DNA of 64,000 nucleotides from contig NIVC01000213.1 in the NCBI GenBank assembly GCA_002269645.1, positions 1 through 64,000 of the forward strand, written 5' to 3'. The translations under genes were made by a program, and so were the position numbers. This document shows, piece by piece, positions 1 to 12,985 of the stretch. Position 1 is the stretch's first letter, and each line of letters opens with the position of its first letter. A model generated the notes under the pieces. It searched no databases, had not been told where the DNA came from, and saw nothing but the letters and a program-made list of their open reading frames with translations. The stretch comes from Macrostomum lignano. Its lineage: Eukaryota.

Positions 1-3000
1 AGCTCCTCCGTGGTACGAACTTTCTCGCGAAGCGTTCAGCTGCTGTTGATACTCCAGCACCTGTGCTTCAAGCTCAGTAGCTTTCTCAGAAGAGCACACT
101 GCTTCGTTCTGTACTCTGACAACCGCGATCGCAGCTCCTCCACCTCCTTCTCCTTCGACGATTTCGACTCGCACACATGGTCGTGCTCTTCTTGTAGCGA
201 ACGCAGCTTCTCTTCCAGCATCTCCTTCTCGACTTCAACCTCTTGGATTCTGTCGCTAGATTTTGTAAGCGCTTCGTCTTTAGATTCTAACAGCTGATTC
301 ACTTCAGCTAGACGAGATGTCAGATCACTGCAGTCGGTCTCGATCGCAGATTTAAGCTCCTCCGTGGTACGAACTTTCTCGCGAAGATCGTTCAGCTGCT
401 GTTGATACTCCAGCACCTGTGCTTCAAGCTCAGTAGCTTTCTCAGAAGAGCACACTGCTTCGTTCTGTAACTCTGACAACCGCGATCGCAGCTCCTCCAC
501 CTCCTTCTCCTTCGACGATTTCGACTCGCACACATGGTCGTGCTCTTCTTGTAGCGAACGCAGCTTCTCTTCCAGCATCTCCTTCTCGACTTCAACCTCT
601 TGGATTCTGTCGCTAGATTTTGTAAGCGCTTCGTCTTTAGATTCTAACAGCTGATTCACTTCAGCTAGACGAGATGTCAGATCACTGCAGTCGGTCTCGA
701 TCGCAGATTTAAGCTCCTCCGTGGTACGAACTTTCTCGCGAAGATCGTTCAGCTGCTGTTGATACTCCAGCACCTGTGCTTCAAGCTCAGTAGCTTTCTC
801 AGAAGAGCACACTGCTTCGTTCTGTAACTCTGACAACCGCGATCGCAGCTCCTCCACCTCCTTCTCCTTCGACGATTTCGACTCGCACACATGGTCGTGC
901 TCTTCTTGTAGCGAACGCAGCTTCTCTTCCAGCATCTCCTTCTCGACTTCAACCTCTTGGATTCTGTCGCTAGATTTTGTAAGCGCTTCGTCTTTAGATT
1001 CTAACAGCTGATTCACTTCAGCTAGACGAGATGTCAGATCACTGCAGTCGGTCTCGATCGCAGATTTAAGCTCCTCCGTGGTACGAACTTTCTCGCGAAG
1101 ATCGTTCAGCTGCTGTTGATACTCCAGCACCTGTGCTTCAAGCTCAGTAGCTTTCTCAGAAGAGCACACTGCTTCGTTCTGTAACTCTGACAACCGCGAT
1201 CGCAGCTCCTCCACCTCCTTCTCCTTCGACGATTTCGACTCGCACACATGGTCGTGCTCTTCTTGTAGCGAACGCAGCTTCTCTTCCAGCATCTCCTTCT
1301 CGACTTCAACCTCTTGGATTCTGTCGCTAGATTTTGTAAGCGCTTCGTCTTTAGATTCTAACAGCTGATTCACTTCAGCTAGACGAGATGTCAGATCACT
1401 GCAGTCGGTCTCGATCGCAGATTTAAGCTCCTCCGTGGTACGAACTTTCTCGCGAAGATCGTTCAGCTGCTGTTGATACTCCAGCACCTGTGCTTCAAGC
1501 TCAGTAGCTTTCTCAGAAGAGCACACTGCTTCGTTCTGTAACTCTGACAACCGCGATCGCAGCTCCTCCACCTCCTTCTCCTTCGACGATTTCGACTCGC
1601 ACACATGGTCGTGCTCTTCTTGTAGCGAACGCAGCTTCTCTTCCAGCATCTCCTTCTCGACTTCAACCTCTTGGATTCTGTCGCTAGATTTTGTAAGCGC
1701 TTCGTCTTTAGATTCTAACAGCTGATTCACTTCAGCTAGACGAGATGTCAGATCACTGCAGTCGGTCTCGATCGCAGATTTAAGCTCCTCCGTGGTACGA
1801 ACTTTCTCGCGAAGATCGTTCAGCTGCTGTTGATACTCCAGCACCTGTGCTTCAAGCTCAGTAGCTTTCTCAGAAGAGCACACTGCTTCGTTCTGTAACT
1901 CTGACAACCGCGATCGCAGCTCCTCCACCTCCTTCTCCTTCGACGATTTCGACTCGCACACATGGTCGTGCTCTTCTTGTAGCGAACGCAGCTTCTCTTC
2001 CAGCATCTCCTTCTCGACTTCAACCTCTTGGATTCTGTCGCTAGATTTTGTAAGCGCTTCGTCTTTAGATTCTAACAGCTGATTCACTTCAGCTAGACGA
2101 GATGTCAGATCACTGCAGTCGGTCTCGATCGCAGATTTAAGCTCCTCCGTGGTACGAACTTTCTCGCGAAGATCGTTCAGCTGCTGTTGATACTCCAGCA
2201 CCTGTGCTTCAAGCTCAGTAGCTTTCTCAGAAGAGCACACTGCTTCGTTCTGTAACTCTGACAACCGCGATCGCAGCTCCTCCACCTCCTTCTCCTTCGA
2301 CGATTTCGACTCGCACACATGGTCGTGCTCTTCTTGTAGCGAACGCAGCTTCTCTTCCAGCATCTCCTTCTCGACTTCAACCTCTTGGATTCTGTCGCTA
2401 GATTTTGTAAGCGCTTCGTCTTTAGATTCTAACAGCTGATTCACTTCAGCTAGACGAGATGTCAGATCACTGCAGTCGGTCTCGATCGCAGATTTAAGCT
2501 CCTCCGTGGTACGAACTTTCTCGCGAAGATCGTTCAGCTGCTGTTGATACTCCAGCACCTGTGCTTCAAGCTCAGTAGCTTTCTCAGAAGAGCACACTGC
2601 TTCGTTCTGTAACTCTGACAACCGCGATCGCAGCTCCTCCACCTCCTTCTCCTTCGACGATTTCGACTCGCACACATGGTCGTGCTCTTCTTGTAGCGAA
2701 CGCAGCTTCTCTTCCAGCATCTCCTTCTCGACTTCAACCTCTTGGATTCTGTCGCTAGATTTTGTAAGCGCTTCGTCTTTAGATTCTAACAGCTGATTCA
2801 CTTCAGCTAGACGAGATGTCAGATCACTGCAGTCGGTCTCGATCGCAGATTTAAGCTCCTCCGTGGTACGAACTTTCTCGCGAAGATCGTTCAGCTGCTG
2901 TTGATACTCCAGCACCTGTGCTTCAAGCTCAGTAGCTTTCTCAGAAGAGCACACTGCTTCGTTCTGTAACTCTGACAACCGCGATCGCAGCTCCTCCACC

Positions 3001-6000
3001 TCCTTCTCCTTCGACGATTTCGACTCGCACACATGGTCGTGCTCTTCTTGTAGCGAACGCAGCTTCTCTTCCAGCATCTCCTTCTCGACTTCAACCTCTT
3101 GGATTCTGTCGCTAGATTTTGTAAGCGCTTCGTCTTTAGATTCTAACAGCTGATTCACTTCAGCTAGACGAGATGTCAGATCACTGCAGTCGGTCTCGAT
3201 CGCAGATTTAAGCTCCTCCGTGGTACGAACTTTCTCGCGAAGATCGTTCAGCTGCTGTTGATACTCCAGCACCTGTGCTTCAAGCTCAGTAGCTTTCTCA
3301 GAAGAGCACACTGCTTCGTTCTGTAACTCTGACAACCGCGATCGCAGCTCCTCCACCTCCTTCTCCTTCGACGATTTCGACTCGCACACATGGTCGTGCT
3401 CTTCTTGTAGCGAACGCAGCTTCTCTTCCAGCATCTCCTTCTCGACTTCAACCTCTTGGATTCTGTCGCTAGATTTTGTAAGCGCTTCGTCTTTAGATTC
3501 TAACAGCTGATTCACTTCAGCTAGACGAGATGTCAGATCACTGCAGTCGGTCTCGATCGCAGATTTAAGCTCCTCCGTGGTACGAACTTTCTCGCGAAGA
3601 TCGTTCAGCTGCTGTTGATACTCCAGCACCTGTGCTTCAAGCTCAGTAGCTTTCTCAGAAGAGCACACTGCTTCGTTCTGTAACTCTGACAACCGCGATC
3701 GCAGCTCCTCCACCTCCTTCTCCTTCGACGATTTCGACTCGCACACATGGTCGTGCTCTTCTTGTAGCGAACGCAGCTTCTCTTCCAGCATCTCCTTCTC
3801 GACTTCAACCTCTTGGATTCTGTCGCTAGATTTTGTAAGCGCTTCGTCTTTAGATTCTAACAGCTGATTCACTTCAGCTAGACGAGATGTCAGATCACTG
3901 CAGTCGGTCTCGATCGCAGATTTAAGCTCCTCCGTGGTACGAACTTTCTCGCGAAGATCGTTCAGCTGCTGTTGATACTCCAGCACCTGTGCTTCAAGCT
4001 CAGTAGCTTTCTCAGAAGAGCACACTGCTTCGTTCTGTAACTCTGACAACCGCGATCGCAGCTCCTCCACCTCCTTCTCCTTCGACGATTTCGACTCGCA
4101 CACATGGTCGTGCTCTTCTTGTAGCGAACGCAGCTTCTCTTCCAGCATCTCCTTCTCGACTTCAACCTCTTGGATTCTGTCGCTAGATTTTGTAAGCGCT
4201 TCGTCTTTAGATTCTAACAGCTGATTCACTTCAGCTAGACGAGATGTCAGATCACTGCAGTCGGTCTCGATCGCAGATTTAAGCTCCTCCGTGGTACGAA
4301 CTTTCTCGCGAAGATCGTTCAGCTGCTGTTGATACTCCAGCACCTGTGCTTCAAGCTCAGTAGCTTTCTCAGAAGAGCACACTGCTTCGTTCTGTAACTC
4401 TGACAACCGCGATCGCAGCTCCTCCACCTCCTTCTCCTTCGACGATTTCGACTCGCACACATGGTCGTGCTCTTCTTGTAGCGAACGCAGCTTCTCTTCC
4501 AGCATCTCCTTCTCGACTTCAACCTCTTGGATTCTGTCGCTAGATTTTGTAAGCGCTTCGTCTTTAGATTCTAACAGCTGATTCACTTCAGCTAGACGAG
4601 ATGTCAGATCACTGCAGTCGGTCTCGATCGCAGATTTAAGCTCCTCCGTGGTACGAACTTTCTCGCGAAGATCGTTCAGCTGCTGTTGATACTCCAGCAC
4701 CTGTGCTTCAAGCTCAGTAGCTTTCTCAGAAGAGCACACTGCTTCGTTCTGTAACTCTGACAACCGCGATCGCAGCTCCTCCACCTCCTTCTCCTTCGAC
4801 GATTTCGACTCGCACACATGGTCGTGCTCTTCTTGTAGCGAACGCAGCTTCTCTTCCAGCATCTCCTTCTCGACTTCAACCTCTTGGATTCTGTCGCTAG
4901 ATTTTGTAAGCGCTTCGTCTTTAGATTCTAACAGCTGATTCACTTCAGCTAGACGAGATGTCAGATCACTGCAGTCGGTCTCGATCGCAGATTTAAGCTC
5001 CTCCGTGGTACGAACTTTCTCGCGAAGATCGTTCAGCTGCTGTTGATACTCCAGCACCTGTGCTTCAAGCTCAGTAGCTTTCTCAGAAGAGCACACTGCT
5101 TCGTTCTGTAACTCTGACAACCGCGATCGCAGCTCCTCCACCTCCTTCTCCTTCGACGATTTCGACTCGCACACATGGTCGTGCTCTTCTTGTAGCGAAC
5201 GCAGCTTCTCTTCCAGCATCTCCTTCTCGACTTCAACCTCTTGGATTCTGTCGCTAGATTTTGTAAGCGCTTCGTCTTTAGATTCTAACAGCTGATTCAC
5301 TTCAGCTAGACGAGATGTCAGATCACTGCAGTCGGTCTCGATCGCAGATTTAAGCTCCTCCGTGGTACGAACTTTCTCGCGAAGATCGTTCAGCTGCTGT
5401 TGATACTCCAGCACCTGTGCTTCAAGCTCAGTAGCTTTCTCAGAAGAGCACACTGCTTCGTTCTGTAACTCTGACAACCGCGATCGCAGCTCCTCCACCT
5501 CCTTCTCCTTCGACGATTTCGACTCGCACACATGGTCGTGCTCTTCTTGTAGCGAACGCAGCTTCTCTTCCAGCATCTCCTTCTCGACTTCAACCTCTTG
5601 GATTCTGTCGCTAGATTTTGTAAGCGCTTCGTCTTTAGATTCTAACAGCTGATTCACTTCAGCTAGACGAGATGTCAGATCACTGCAGTCGGTCTCGATC
5701 GCAGATTTAAGCTCCTCCGTGGTACGAACTTTCTCGCGAAGATCGTTCAGCTGCTGTTGATACTCCAGCACCTGTGCTTCAAGCTCAGTAGCTTTCTCAG
5801 AAGAGCACACTGCTTCGTTCTGTAACTCTGACAACCGCGATCGCAGCTCCTCCACCTCCTTCTCCTTCGACGATTTCGACTCGCACACATGGTCGTGCTC
5901 TTCTTGTAGCGAACGCAGCTTCTCTTCCAGCATCTCCTTCTCGACTTCAACCTCTTGGATTCTGTCGCTAGATTTTGTAAGCGCTTCGTCTTTAGATTCT

Positions 6001-9000
6001 AACAGCTGATTCACTTCAGCTAGACGAGATGTCAGATCACTGCAGTCGGTCTCGATCGCAGATTTAAGCTCCTCCGTGGTACGAACTTTCTCGCGAAGAT
6101 CGTTCAGCTGCTGTTGATACTCCAGCACCTGTGCTTCAAGCTCAGTAGCTTTCTCAGAAGAGCACACTGCTTCGTTCTGTAACTCTGACAACCGCGATCG
6201 CAGCTCCTCCACCTCCTTCTCCTTCGACGATTTCGACTCGCACACATGGTCGTGCTCTTCTTGTAGCGAACGCAGCTTCTCTTCCAGCATCTCCTTCTCG
6301 ACTTCAACCTCTTGGATTCTGTCGCTAGATTTTGTAAGCGCTTCGTCTTTAGATTCTAACAGCTGATTCACTTCAGCTAGACGAGATGTCAGATCACTGC
6401 AGTCGGTCTCGATCGCAGATTTAAGCTCCTCCGTGGTACGAACTTTCTCGCGAAGATCGTTCAGCTGCTGTTGATACTCCAGCACCTGTGCTTCAAGCTC
6501 AGTAGCTTTCTCAGAAGAGCACACTGCTTCGTTCTGTAACTCTGACAACCGCGATCGCAGCTCCTCCACCTCCTTCTCCTTCGACGATTTCGACTCGCAC
6601 ACATGGTCGTGCTCTTCTTGTAGCGAACGCAGCTTCTCTTCCAGCATCTCCTTCTCGACTTCAACCTCTTGGATTCTGTCGCTAGATTTTGTAAGCGCTT
6701 CGTCTTTAGATTCTAACAGCTGATTCACTTCAGCTAGACGAGATGTCAGATCACTGCAGTCGGTCTCGATCGCAGATTTAAGCTCCTCCGTGGTACGAAC
6801 TTTCTCGCGAAGATCGTTCAGCTGCTGTTGATACTCCAGCACCTGTGCTTCAAGCTCAGTAGCTTTCTCAGAAGAGCACACTGCTTCGTTCTGTAACTCT
6901 GACAACCGCGATCGCAGCTCCTCCACCTCCTTCTCCTTCGACGATTTCGACTCGCACACATGGTCGTGCTCTTCTTGTAGCGAACGCAGCTTCTCTTCCA
7001 GCATCTCCTTCTCGACTTCAACCTCTTGGATTCTGTCGCTAGATTTTGTAAGCGCTTCGTCTTTAGATTCTAACAGCTGATTCACTTCAGCTAGACGAGA
7101 TGTCAGATCACTGCAGTCGGTCTCGATCGCAGATTTAAGCTCCTCCGTGGTACGAACTTTCTCGCGAAGATCGTTCAGCTGCTGTTGATACTCCAGCACC
7201 TGTGCTTCAAGCTCAGTAGCTTTCTCAGAAGAGCACACTGCTTCGTTCTGTAACTCTGACAACCGCGATCGCAGCTCCTCCACCTCCTTCTCCTTCGACG
7301 ATTTCGACTCGCACACATGGTCGTGCTCTTCTTGTAGCGAACGCAGCTTCTCTTCCAGCATCTCCTTCTCGACTTCAACCTCTTGGATTCTGTCGCTAGA
7401 TTTTGTAAGCGCTTCGTCTTTAGATTCTAACAGCTGATTCACTTCAGCTAGACGAGATGTCAGATCACTGCAGTCGGTCTCGATCGCAGATTTAAGCTCC
7501 TCCGTGGTACGAACTTTCTCGCGAAGATCGTTCAGCTGCTGTTGATACTCCAGCACCTGTGCTTCAAGCTCAGTAGCTTTCTCAGAAGAGCACACTGCTT
7601 CGTTCTGTAACTCTGACAACCGCGATCGCAGCTCCTCCACCTCCTTCTCCTTCGACGATTTCGACTCGCACACATGGTCGTGCTCTTCTTGTAGCGAACG
7701 CAGCTTCTCTTCCAGCATCTCCTTCTCGACTTCAACCTCTTGGATTCTGTCGCTAGATTTTGTAAGCGCTTCGTCTTTAGATTCTAACAGCTGATTCACT
7801 TCAGCTAGACGAGATGTCAGATCACTGCAGTCGGTCTCGATCGCAGATTTAAGCTCCTCCGTGGTACGAACTTTCTCGCGAAGATCGTTCAGCTGCTGTT
7901 GATACTCCAGCACCTGTGCTTCAAGCTCAGTAGCTTTCTCAGAAGAGCACACTGCTTCGTTCTGTAACTCTGACAACCGCGATCGCAGCTCCTCCACCTC
8001 CTTCTCCTTCGACGATTTCGACTCGCACACATGGTCGTGCTCTTCTTGTAGCGAACGCAGCTTCTCTTCCAGCATCTCCTTCTCGACTTCAACCTCTTGG
8101 ATTCTGTCGCTAGATTTTGTAAGCGCTTCGTCTTTAGATTCTAACAGCTGATTCACTTCAGCTAGACGAGATGTCAGATCACTGCAGTCGGTCTCGATCG
8201 CAGATTTAAGCTCCTCCGTGGTACGAACTTTCTCGCGAAGATCGTTCAGCTGCTGTTGATACTCCAGCACCTGTGCTTCAAGCTCAGTAGCTTTCTCAGA
8301 AGAGCACACTGCTTCGTTCTGTAACTCTGACAACCGCGATCGCAGCTCCTCCACCTCCTTCTCCTTCGACGATTTCGACTCGCACACATGGTCGTGCTCT
8401 TCTTGTAGCGAACGCAGCTTCTCTTCCAGCATCTCCTTCTCGACTTCAACCTCTTGGATTCTGTCGCTAGATTTTGTAAGCGCTTCGTCTTTAGATTCTA
8501 ACAGCTGATTCACTTCAGCTAGACGAGATGTCAGATCACTGCAGTCGGTCTCGATCGCAGATTTAAGCTCCTCCGTGGTACGAACTTTCTCGCGAAGATC
8601 GTTCAGCTGCTGTTGATACTCCAGCACCTGTGCTTCAAGCTCAGTAGCTTTCTCAGAAGAGCACACTGCTTCGTTCTGTAACTCTGACAACCGCGATCGC
8701 AGCTCCTCCACCTCCTTCTCCTTCGACGATTTCGACTCGCACACATGGTCGTGCTCTTCTTGTAGCGAACGCAGCTTCTCTTCCAGCATCTCCTTCTCGA
8801 CTTCAACCTCTTGGATTCTGTCGCTAGATTTTGTAAGCGCTTCGTCTTTAGATTCTAACAGCTGATTCACTTCAGCTAGACGAGATGTCAGATCACTGCA
8901 GTCGGTCTCGATCGCAGATTTAAGCTCCTCCGTGGTACGAACTTTCTCGCGAAGATCGTTCAGCTGCTGTTGATACTCCAGCACCTGTGCTTCAAGCTCA

Positions 9001-11668
9001 GTAGCTTTCTCAGAAGAGCACACTGCTTCGTTCTGTAACTCTGACAACCGCGATCGCAGCTCCTCCACCTCCTTCTCCTTCGACGATTTCGACTCGCACA
9101 CATGGTCGTGCTCTTCTTGTAGCGAACGCAGCTTCTCTTCCAGCATCTCCTTCTCGACTTCAACCTCTTGGATTCTGTCGCTAGATTTTGTAAGCGCTTC
9201 GTCTTTAGATTCTAACAGCTGATTCACTTCAGCTAGACGAGATGTCAGATCACTGCAGTCGGTCTCGATCGCAGATTTAAGCTCCTCCGTGGTACGAACT
9301 TTCTCGCGAAGATCGTTCAGCTGCTGTTGATACTCCAGCACCTGTGCTTCAAGCTCAGTAGCTTTCTCAGAAGAGCACACTGCTTCGTTCTGTAACTCTG
9401 ACAACCGCGATCGCAGCTCCTCCACCTCCTTCTCCTTCGACGATTTCGACTCGCACACATGGTCGTGCTCTTCTTGTAGCGAACGCAGCTTCTCTTCCAG
9501 CATCTCCTTCTCGACTTCAACCTCTTGGATTCTGTCGCTAGATTTTGTAAGCGCTTCGTCTTTAGATTCTAACAGCTGATTCACTTCAGCTAGACGAGAT
9601 GTCAGATCACTGCAGTCGGTCTCGATCGCAGATTTAAGCTCCTCCGTGGTACGAACTTTCTCGCGAAGATCGTTCAGCTGCTGTTGATACTCCAGCACCT
9701 GTGCTTCAAGCTCAGTAGCTTTCTCAGAAGAGCACACTGCTTCGTTCTGTAACTCTGACAACCGCGATCGCAGCTCCTCCACCTCCTTCTCCTTCGACGA
9801 TTTCGACTCGCACACATGGTCGTGCTCTTCTTGTAGCGAACGCAGCTTCTCTTCCAGCATCTCCTTCTCGACTTCAACCTCTTGGATTCTGTCGCTAGAT
9901 TTTGTAAGCGCTTCGTCTTTAGATTCTAACAGCTGATTCACTTCAGCTAGACGAGATGTCAGATCACTGCAGTCGGTCTCGATCGCAGATTTAAGCTCCT
10001 CCGTGGTACGAACTTTCTCGCGAAGATCGTTCAGCTGCTGTTGATACTCCAGCACCTGTGCTTCAAGCTCAGTAGCTTTCTCAGAAGAGCACACTGCTTC
10101 GTTCTGTAACTCTGACAACCGCGATCGCAGCTCCTCCACCTCCTTCTCCTTCGACGATTTCGACTCGCACACATGGTCGTGCTCTTCTTGTAGCGAACGC
10201 AGCTTCTCTTCCAGCATCTCCTTCTCGACTTCAACCTCTTGGATTCTGTCGCTAGATTTTGTAAGCGCTTCGTCTTTAGATTCTAACAGCTGATTCACTT
10301 CAGCTAGACGAGATGTCAGATCACTGCAGTCGGTCTCGATCGCAGATTTAAGCTCCTCCGTGGTACGAACTTTCTCGCGAAGATCGTTCAGCTGCTGTTG
10401 ATACTCCAGCACCTGTGCTTCAAGCTCAGTAGCTTTCTCAGAAGAGCACACTGCTTCGTTCTGTAACTCTGACAACCGCGATCGCAGCTCCTCCACCTCC
10501 TTCTCCTTCGACGATTTCGACTCGCACACATGGTCGTGCTCTTCTTGTAGCGAACGCAGCTTCTCTTCCAGCATCTCCTTCTCGACTTCAACCTCTTGGA
10601 TTCTGTCGCTAGATTTTGTAAGCGCTTCGTCTTTAGATTCTAACAGCTGATTCACTTCAGCTAGACGAGATGTCAGATCACTGCAGTCGGTCTCGATCGC
10701 AGATTTAAGCTCCTCCGTGGTACGAACTTTCTCGCGAAGATCGTTCAGCTGCTGTTGATACTCCAGCACCTGTGCTTCAAGCTCAGTAGCTTTCTCAGAA
10801 GAGCACACTGCTTCGTTCTGTAACTCTGACAACCGCGATCGCAGCTCCTCCACCTCCTTCTCCTTCGACGATTTCGACTCGCACACATGGTCGTGCTCTT
10901 CTTGTAGCGAACGCAGCTTCTCTTCCAGCATCTCCTTCTCGACTTCAACCTCTTGGATTCTGTCGCTAGATTTTGTAAGCGCTTCGTCTTTAGATTCTAA
11001 CAGCTGATTCACTTCAGCTAGACGAGATGTCAGATCACTGCAGTCGGTCTCGATCGCAGATTTAAGCTCCTCCGTGGTACGAACTTTCTCGCGAAGATCG
11101 TTCAGCTGCTGTTGATACTCCAGCACCTGTGCTTCAAGCTCAGTAGCTTTCTCAGAAGAGCACACTGCTTCGTTCTGTAACTCTGACAACCGCGATCGCA
11201 GCTCCTCCACCTCCTTCTCCTTCGACGATTTCGACTCGCACACATGGTCGTGCTCTTCTTGTAGCGAACGCAGCTTCTCTTCCAGCATCTCCTTCTCGAC
11301 TTCAACCTCTTGGATTCTGTCGCTAGATTTTGTAAGCGCTTCGTCTTTAGATTCTAACAGCTGATTCACTTCAGCTAGACGAGATGTCAGATCACTGCAG
11401 TCGGTCTCGATCGCAGATTTAAGCTCCTCCGTGGTACGAACTTTCTCGCGAAGATCGTTCAGCTGCTGTTGATACTCCAGCACCTGTGCTTCAAGCTCAG
11501 TAGCTTTCTCAGAAGAGCACACTGCTTCGTTCTGTAACTCTGACAACCGCGATCGCAGCTCCTCCACCTCCTTCTCCTTCGACGATTTCGACTCGCACAC
11601 ATGGTCGTGCTCTTCTTGTAGCGAACGCAGCTTCTCTTCCAGCATCTCCTTCTCGACCTCCACCTCTT
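1..11668 (-). repeat. Coding tandem array, 357-bp unit, about 32.7 copies
   Basis: An identical 119-aa unit recurs through the 3995-aa ORF. The off-frame 67-aa ORFs recur at exact 357-nt spacing (392, 749 ... 11102). The sequence departs from consensus at about 11658-11670. Confidence 0.98.
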
Positions 11669-12937
11669 TAAAGCGATTAGTGAGAAGTGATAGACGAGAA
11701 TTTAGGTCAATGGACTCGCATTCTAAATAGCCTTTGCAATCTTCTGTCGATTGCAGTTCGCAGCGCAAATCATCTAGTTGCTGTTGGTAATGTAGAAGTT
11801 GCTCTTTCAGGTTGGAACTCTCTTTGGAAGAACTCGTGGCTTCGTCCTGTAGTTTCGAAAGTCTGCTCTGCAAGTTATCAACTTCTCTATCTTGGAGTGA
11901 CTTTTCATGACTGAGATTGTTGTAGTTAGTTTGCAGTAACTGAAGCTGTTCACACCGCTGTTTTTCAGTGTACTCTTCAGAGCCGCAGTCGTTTTCCTGA
12001 ATTGATAGTATTTGTCTTTGCAATTCACTATTTACTTCCCGGAGTTTCTTAGCTTCCTCAGGCGAAATAGACTCCTCTTTTATTTGAGTTAGTTGAGCGC
12101 TTAACTCTTCGTTATTGCGTTGAAGAATTTGATTCTGATTTTTAGCTCGTTAATTTGCTGCCGAAGATTATTACGAGTTGGCGATTGGATAGTTTCGAAA
12201 CTAGTTTGTGCATCAGCATCACGTTCAATGCACCTGCTAGTGTTGCTTGCACTGCTCATAAGTTGATTCAGGCGGACTTCTGACTTCTGTTGCCCTACTT
12301 TGCCCGAGTCCGCTGAATTGTTGACATCAGAAAGCTTTTTTTGAAGCTCAGCGATTAGAACGTCTTTCTCAGCTACCAGCTTTTTTTGATTAGTCAGATC
12401 CCGAACCAAGCGACTGTTGGTGGCTAAAACTTTTTCAAGGTTTGGAATTTCATCTCGATTGCTTGAACCAGACAGTTGAGAAGTAATCTTGACAGAAGGG
12501 GTGCTGCAAATGTTCTCTGCACCTGTGTCCTGCTCGGTGTTTAATGCAGTCTGATTAATAGAAAACTCCAAATTGCTGGCTCCTTCAATATTAGCAGCTG
12601 GACCTGGCTCTCTGATTGTCTTCGGTAGAGGAATGGATGTCTGCTTGATTGGCCTCGACGATTGGGCCTGGCCTGTATCCAATGACGGTACTGGCAAATT
12701 GCTTTCTGCAAAAGGCAGAAATGGGAAAAAGGTGATGGGAACCTGTGAATAATGTATCCTGTACTCGAACTGACATCGCTTAAATTACTTACTTTGGAGC
12801 CGAATTTTCTTGATACTCGGCTCATTTGCAGACAATTGCTGACCAAAGATACGTGGACGAGCAATTTTTGAGGTTCTGATAGTATCAGAATCTGCTTTTG
12901 GAGGGTTTACAGTACCCCCATCGGGTGTCTTCGACAT
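1..12937 (-). CDS. Giant tandem-repeat coiled-coil protein, over 4,200 aa in the window; 3' end lies beyond the left edge
   Basis: ATG at 12937 (MSKTPDGGTVNPPK...). Exon 12937-12793, then an 87-nt phase-1 GT-AG intron 12792-12706 (GTAAGT...ttctgccttttgcag), then a huge exon from 12705 leftwards. ORF 12101-12697 joins ORF 36-12023 if one A is added to the 5-base run at 12139-12143 (gives INELKNQNQILQRNNEELSAQL...). Two indels relative to the repeat consensus (about 113 and about 32) total 3 nt, so the frame is restored at the left edge. E/K/L/S-rich with continuous heptads. Confidence 0.9.
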
Positions 12938-12957
12938 TAGAATAAGTTAGATGAGGC

Positions 12958-12985
12958 ACTGAAAATCCAAAAAAACAACTTGCAT
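12958..12985 (-). other. 3' splice acceptor about 21 nt upstream of the giant-gene ATG (5'UTR intron or trans-splice site)
   Basis: Minus strand reads ttttttttggattttcag|tgcctcatctaacttattctaATG. Confidence 0.5.

Noticed and set aside
392-11305. 31 identical 67-aa Arg/Cys-rich, protamine-looking ORFs
   Set aside because: They are the shifted reading frame of Glu/Lys codons (GAG/AAG) in the giant gene's repeat, with a non-ATG start; there is no independent evidence for them.
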